A stretch of DNA of 64,000 bases from Raillietiella orientalis (Eukaryota). Below the pieces are notes generated by a model. The model made no database searches, was not told the origin of the DNA, and was given only the letters and a program-made list of their open reading frames with translations. Position numbers and translations under genes: made by a program. This document shows, piece after piece, positions 37,051-64,000 of the stretch. Numbering within the stretch: the stretch's first letter is position 1; each line of letters starts with the position of its first letter. The stretch is from the NCBI GenBank assembly GCA_036172245.1, contig JAYWIR010000010.1:4340001-4404000 (forward strand). The letters run 5' to 3'.

Positions 37051-38914
37051 GTTCTTCTCCCGAGAAGAATACGGGAAAAAAGCAATCGTGAAGTTTGAAT
37101 GAAATTTTAGACCGTATCATCCCTCGTTTACCACATACACTTTTATTATCTTCACCTTCGTGATGTTACTGCATCTGTTCATCTGATTGTAAAAATTCGT
37201 GTCACTGCTCAACAGTTTGGTTTCTTTTATTTCATTATTCAAAATTATATATATATATATATATTTAATTTCGACTACCCGTCTCGATACAATCAACAGC
37301 ATTCTATAATGGCAGATTTTTAGAATAGCATTTTTAGAATTTCGATTCCAGCAAAGGTGGCCATATCGAGTGTGCATTACGGGACAGAATTTGGGCATGA
37401 AAGGAGGAGAGTTTTTCTGCCATCACCTCATCGTATTCAAACACATGCAAACACAAACAAACGAACAAAAATACACATAAAAAAAAAAAAAATCTGGAAG
37501 CACTGCTGCCTGTGAATTGTGATTTCCTGGAGAATGTGTTCGAAAGCATTGATAAGCATCATGGTTTATGATCTACAGGTTTCAAGCCGTGCAGTGTGGG
37601 GGAGGAGAGCAAGTGATTCCTGGTGGAGGCATCATTTGCGATGCAGGAGAAGGGGAAGGAAGCAAAGATGCAAATATTATGATTGACCCTTTCCCAGGTT
37701 GTTGAATATTTAATCATTGCAATTTAGGTTAGCTTTTAATTGACAATTTAGCAAACTACTGAGGAATGCTCGTTCTATCGTTTCAAACGCTTCTGTTGTC
37801 CAATAAATCAACTGGCAACATTCGCAGATGCATGCCATTACTATGCCCGGTATGCATATCTTATGCAGTCTTCAGAGTTGTTGCATCCACTGTATTTATG
37901 AATTATTCCTGGCATAAGAGACGGTTTTTTTCCTGTGAGAGAGATTCAGCAAAAATGGGTAGTGATGATAAGAGCTTTTAGAGGTACGTTCTCTTTCTCG
38001 ATCCTGGTCTTTTATCTCCGTTGTCATGACACTGGTATTCTGGCCAGCATCACATGAAAATGGTATTCTTTCTTCATATCAAAGTTTTCTCGGTGGGTCC
38101 TTCATGTTTGCGAGAGGTATTATGATATGAAAACTGCTGCAAGTCTGCCAGAACGCTGCAAGAGGAAGATGGCTTTCAACTGAAATGACAGACTCGATGA
38201 TGGTTCGAGAGCCACCGTTTGTTGGGCGAATTGCAATCATTAGAAAAGACGAGTAAGGAAATGTGTTCGGGTTTGCTCATGCCAACAGACAAGCAGCTGT
38301 CGCACCCAATATGAGAGGATGGAAAGATCATTTTTCCTAAGCGTTCCCCGTGAGGACCCTTGGAAATCTGCATATGCTCGTTTGCATTTTGTAATCAAAT
38401 CATGGAAGGAAAAAACTGATCGATCTCATGCAACAAGCGGACGATGCAAACGCAGCTTCGGAATGCTGGATCTTTTCATGTGCTCTTGAGGGCCCGATCG
38501 ATGCAATGATGACCGCAGGGGAGTGTGAAGTGGGAAGAAAAGGCATAACGAATCCGTTGCTTTCTTCGCTCGTGTGATCCGACCACCACTCAAAAGAAAG
38601 TTCATTCTCCAAGCTGCGTTTTTGTGGGATGCAATGCTCTCTGCAAAATGCGGCTCACTTTGCAGTCGGAATTCTGTTCCGGCCCTGCCTTAGCGCGAGA
38701 CTCCTCCCTTCACGCGGTCGAAATCACCAGGCAGCCAGCGTAGTGCAACTCCCGTGCTTCCAAAAAAATGCCAACTCTGCGGCGGACAAGCCTGCGGCGA
38801 ATAGGTGTTTAGGCCCTTCCACGCACTGCTGGGATCGCATTCAGGGATCACACCGACACCTCCATACAACTGAACTTTAAAGACCTTTCCTAGTGTCGCG
38901 GAGATCGACACCTT

Positions 38915-39895
38915 GTGGACAATCAGCCCTTCGAAATCAGCCTGCTGCTTCGTCTCCATGGGAAGCAGTTTAGGGTTCACACGGCAGCTGGACCAGCCCG
39001 TTGTGTCCCAGACATCGGCCGGAATAAAGCTCGTTCTGTCATCGTGGTCAGTAGCAGTTTCGAACAACAGGTCACGATTGGCGGCTGGAGGACTTGCGAG
39101 CTGGCAGACGCCGCCACGCCTCGCCACATCCCGAAGGGACTCCTTCGGTGGAGTGAACTCTTGAGTGTGCCCCCCGAAGAACTTGTAGTCCCTCCCTCCT
39201 GTTTGAACACTTCTGTGTTCCCCCTTTCGTGGAAGCAGGACGTCATCATGCTGGTGCATTGGGGTTTTCACTCCAACCAGCGGACGAACCGTGTTTCCGG
39301 GGGAGTTGTCTCCCCAAACTGTAAGCGGTGCGGGGAAGTGGAAACGCTCCCGCACCTGCTTTTGGACTGCGGTGCCCTCCAAGGACTTTGGCGGAGGCTG
39401 GCCTCAGCTCTCCTGCACCAGGGGGACGCCGCGAGGGACTTGATGCGCCGCTTCTTCACGCCAGGCGGCCTGTCTTTAGGTGCTGTCGTTGCAACCGTGT
39501 GTTGCACCCGCGCCATCGACAGGGCCCACCGAGAGTTGGAGAAGCTGGCCATCCTTCGTCAGCCCACCGGATTAGCTAGCGCGACCATGTCGTCGGCTGC
39601 CGAGTGGGCCCATCTTCCACAGGACGTAAGGAGAGAGATCGCCGGCATCCATCGCCGGTTTTGAAAGGAAGGAACGGACTCACCAAAGACCCCTGTCCCC
39701 TGCCCTCCATATTTTCATTTTTATTTTTTTATAGTAGTGTATTTGTGGTCCCTTCCCTCCCGTTCCGGACTTTCGGCATACCGACCTGCGTGTCGGGGAT
39801 CCCACCCCCTTCGTCTCTTGTGTTTCCTTTGTCCGGGAACTCTGTTCCCGGATAGTTTTTCAATAAACGCCCCGGCGCACCCGGGTGATAAACAA
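38915..39895 (+). mobile_element. 5'-truncated L1/Tx1-like LINE, 249-codon open C-terminal ORF2 piece
   Basis: NCKRCGEVETLPHLLLDC...LW CCHC finger; pyrimidine-rich 3'UTR; AATAAA-CGC-CCCGG-CGCAC-CCGGG end. Confidence 0.85.
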
Positions 39896-42800
39896 CAGGT
39901 CACGTCAAAACTGGGTCCGTGGCACCGAAACCGCGTAGCATTACCCCGAGAAATTCACGCCTCACTTCCACCTGGAATTTCCAAGGGCTGTTGAAGGACT
40001 CGTCGAGGGAATTCATAAAGTCACTTCATAGATGAAGAGCCGCAAGGCCATCCGATGTTGCCAGGGGGCAAGGAAGAAGGGATGCACCTGATCCTTGCGC
40101 ACAGCCCCGTCTGGAAACGCGCCGACGTCGAGGAGATCGGCTCAGAAGATTGGCATCTGTGGAGTTTGACGGGCGGGAACGTTCCGCGTTCGGATGGGCC
40201 TGCGAAGCTCTCTCTCCCTTGACCCGAGTGACGGATCAAGGGATGACTTTCGGAGCTCTTTGGTTTTCGCAGATGCAGCACACACCATCACCGATCGAAG
40301 CACAGCGCTGCGGGTGCTATGAAGGTGCTTCGGTGCCACGAACGGGACGTATCCATTGCCCATACCACCACTTGTCGCCCTCGACAACCGAACGGTGTAA
40401 GAAGCAACTGATATAATTAAGTCCTCGATCGCACCCCATGTTAGGAGCGCTCCACCGGAAGGAGGGCATTTGGTGGCTCATGGGAAACAGAATTTTCTTT
40501 GGAGCTTTCACTCGACTGACCGATCGCAATGAGTCCCTTTGTTCCATCGATAGCCAAAATTCCGTTGCCATCTCTGGTTCCCAAGGAAACGCAGTTTCAG
40601 CCTCCTATCGCTCTCCCAGTTTGTGGTCTGCTTTCGTCCCTGAGCGTGTTCAGCTTCGTTGAAGATTGTACAAGTACAGTAGGCGTCCCGTATAACGCGG
40701 GGGCTATTTTACGCGTTATACGGTTATCCACGAACAATACAATGGCGTCCATAAACGCTGGGAGGTGCATCCTGAACATCGTAACCTTAGAATATTTATT
40801 ACTTTACTTTAAAAGAAAAAGGAAAAAGACGTAAAGCTTCCATTTTTTATTTAATTTTAAGTTAAAAAAAAACCTTTATGAAACCTTTAAACGATTGAAT
40901 ATTGATATGGAATATGTCAACTGATATGTAATGAATTGAAACGGTTCCATAGTTTCAGCTCCATCGTCCCCCTTGTTGAAAAACACACGTCCTCTTGCTC
41001 TGACCGCGAAAATCTGAATGGGACAGAATCCGATCCACTTGGGTCACGTGTTCCTGTTCTTTTTTTGAAAAGCCGCTGACGTGACGCTGTGCCACAAAAT
41101 TGAAACTTATCCACAGCGCATCTATCGTGCGGGGCTGGTTGGAGTAGGAGGGCTGCGGCCACCATTCTTCCTTGGTGTTATGAGAGGGGGGTTTCCGCCA
41201 GCTGCATGCGCATCTGCGAGTGGTAAGAGGTTGTTGTTGTTGCCAAGCAACCTCTTACCACCCGAGAGATCGCCCTGTTATCGATAGGCGCTGGCAGAGC
41301 AGACGCAATTTAAAAGCGGCTGAATCTCGCTTATCAGGCGTTTGAAACATAAAAGAACACCAATAATTTAAAGCGGGCAAGAAGGCGCGCGTCTTACGGG
41401 GATTCTAAATGTCCATCAAGAAGGTGCTTTGTTTTCGTCTCCCCTCACCCCCCCTCCATGTCCCCGCCCTTCCAAGTTTTTGTTTCGCTAACCGACTGCG
41501 AGCTGGGTCGCGTGAAAGACACAGCATGAGCAGCTGACCAAGGTTCACTGCCTGTTTCTTACAGCCTCTCTTATCCCCTCTCCCACTGAATGCGCAGGAC
41601 GGAAAATCTTCAAGGTGTTCCCTAATTGAAGTCTGCGAGTGACGAGCCAACCTAAACTGAGCGTGGCTCTCCTTATTTAGAAAGTTTTGGAATCGCTTCA
41701 ACGAATAAAATCAAAGGTGACTTGGATGGGGGAAACTGAGTTGGACGCAAACTCCCCGTCGTCTGTACGGAGATCGTTCGCAACCCTCAGAAAATATGTG
41801 TGTGTGTGTGTAAATGAATTCTACGCAAATACGCAAATGTACCTCCCCTCTCAGAAAACCAAAAAAAAAAAAAAAAACCCGGTCCACGTCTACTATGTTT
41901 TCACGAAAGTTTGATGTTCCCCCGTTTCCCTGGAAACGCGGGATTCGACCTGCGTCCGCGTGTGCCTTGCTCCGTTCTGTGCCATCGGGCGAGAGACCTG
42001 CGGAATGCTGCGGCCCTTCGCGGAGCAGCCAGCGTTCCCTTGGTGACGACGCTCCTCCGAACACGTCCCTCCCCGATGCTGGTTAGGTAGAAGTTGGCGC
42101 TGTGGTGTCGCGCGTGCATTGGCAGTGGCGAGCGTCTCGCGATCAGTGCAGGATGCCGGCGGCACTGTTGGCACAGCTCGAGACGAGATTCCAGTTCAAA
42201 AGCAGGGAAAGCGACCCCCTCCCCTCCTCCCCCCATTCTTTCCCCTTTTTTTAACTAGGAAATTTATTGCTCGCTGATGCTCTTTTCAGACTAGCTGAGG
42301 ATCCCTCAGGGCGTCTCGGCGAATCCTTGCATTGGGACGAGGCGCGAAACGTAAATCATCATCCAGGAGCCCGCAGGATTTTTCCGAGCACCTTGCACGG
42401 AAGATCGCCTTCACCGGGGAAAGAAAGAAGAGAGCGGGTCAGGAGGAGAGGCGGCCCCCGGATTCAGTTTACACAGCGAGCTGCTGCTCCTCCTTTCCAC
42501 GTGAAGCATTCCGGGAATTTTCCGGGAATGGAGTCGCGGCGAGTCCGTTCAGAGGCGTGGCCGATTCCGGCGTGGCACGAAGCCGAGGGGAAATCTCTCA
42601 AAGTCTTGCGGTTTTCCTCCTCCCTCCCTCCCCCCCCCCCGATCCGGGGATTGCCGGGAGGGAGGGGAGGAGGAACTGGGAGTTCCTAGAATCGGGAGCG
42701 AGAGACGGGTAAGAGGAACTGTGGATCAAACACACACGCGCGCACGAGCAGGGCTTGGTTTGCGGGAGGGGAGCGAAGAAGGGCGTCCGGAAGAGTCCCT

Positions 42801-43213
42801 TCGCAAAATCTCAGCATTTTCGCATCCTTTTCTCTGTGTGTGTGTGTGTGTTTTTTTTTCTACGATCACTTTCCGAGGAGCTCTTTCCGTCACGGGTCGC
42901 TGCGTGGTGGCAAGAAGAAAAGTGGAAGAAAAAGGATTCGTTCGAACTTTCGGGATTTTCGGTTTATTTGCCGAGAAGCCTTGTGCTCCCGTAGATGTTC
43001 CAGGAGGAATCTTCATGAGCTCCCCTTCGTAAGTTCGATTTTGCCGGCGTCACTTTTTCCTCGTTTGCTGTCTCTCAGTTCGTTTATTGCACGGCGATGT
43101 TCCGCGGACCCGTCCGGCAAGGCCGTTCGCCCCCGGGCGGTTCGCCCGTAGCTTTCCAGATGTCACCAGCGTGAAGAAGTTTTCCAGAGCCGCTTTCCCG
43201 TTCTGAGGTCCCG

Positions 43214-63316
<20,103 letters not shown>

Positions 63317-64000
63317 CTACACAAAGAGAAGAGAATCTGGGAGATGAGTTTGGGAAGCTGCTGCGCGCGCATGGAGGAGGGGGCAAAGCAGCGGGCAGAT
63401 GTGCCTTGCCCGGGTCCTCCGAGGAAGGGGACGTGCTCGCGCGCGCCAGTCCAGTAGCGAGGCGAAGGGGAGCGATGCGCTAGGCGCGACCAGGCGAGGG
63501 AAAGGGGAGACGCCTGCCGGACAAGGGCGCAAACTACTCTCTCCCTCCTCCTCCCCATCGCAAAAAAAAAAAAAAAATTGCTCGACTGCCTGTGTGTGTG
63601 TGTGTCTGAGGGAGGGGGTTTCACACTGTGCAGTATGGGCATGCGCGCTCGCTGATCGCACGGGCGAGCGAAAAGGAGGGGGGAGGAAGGGGAGAGGAAG
63701 AAGACGCACGGGACGGGGTCGGGTCACGCAGTTGCTGCGCGCCATCCATCAATTACAGCCGATTGGCGTGCAAACGCGAGCGAGCTTTTCCCGCAGTCAC
63801 GTGATGTGCAAGCTGGTGTTACCGCTGCGAGTAGCCATTGCCACTGCTCGCGCGCGCGTGCGCGATGGGTGACGAACGTCCACGACACACCCCGGCAGCA
63901 GCCACGTCGCTGCCCCTGCCCTTCCTTCGTCGCTCCCGGTAGGCGAGAACGTAGGGCACGGGTCGAGTTCCTCCTCTTCGCATAACCTCCGCCATCTCCA

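Noticed and set aside
38176..40571. Helitron Rep-like (GKMIFPSSHIG) and Tc1-like (GGALLTWGAI, SVMVCAA) peptides on the minus strand
   Set aside because: Short isolated matches without downstream catalytic motifs, so they cannot be assigned.
63890..64000. Possible further collagen exon at the window edge
   Set aside because: No Gly-X-Y or Cys-x-Cys-Pro motif, and I found no convincing donor for the phase-1 acceptor at 63316.

Overview
Eukaryotic, most likely arthropod, genomic DNA that is GC/CpG-rich with AT-rich islands. There is no prokaryotic, CRISPR or rRNA content. Two spliced protein-coding genes lie on the minus strand. One is a spaetzle-3 (cystine-knot Toll-ligand family) gene at ~8.5-22.3 kb. 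The other is the 3' part of a MACIT-type collagen (CG42342 / collagen XIII-XXIII-XXV-like) at 43.2-63.3 kb, with its 5' end outside the window. One tRNA-Arg(TCT) gene is at 32281-32353. The rest is dominated by decayed L1/Tx1-like non-LTR retrotransposons, a tRNA-headed SINE-like repeat, a pogo-type MITE and a transposase relic. The most notable observations are: (1) eight retroelement 3' ends share a rigidly spaced AATAAA-N3-CCCGG-N5-CCGGG stem-loop and tend to stack next to each other; (2) a tRNA-like head is fused to an antisense LINE zinc-finger body; (3) Spz3 has Ser at the position of the spaetzle dimerising Cys; (4) the collagen has non-collagenous micro-exons; (5) there are several near-perfect palindromes. 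Nearly all ORF-track entries are spurious GC-rich frames. All family assignments come from motif recognition by eye; no searches were run.
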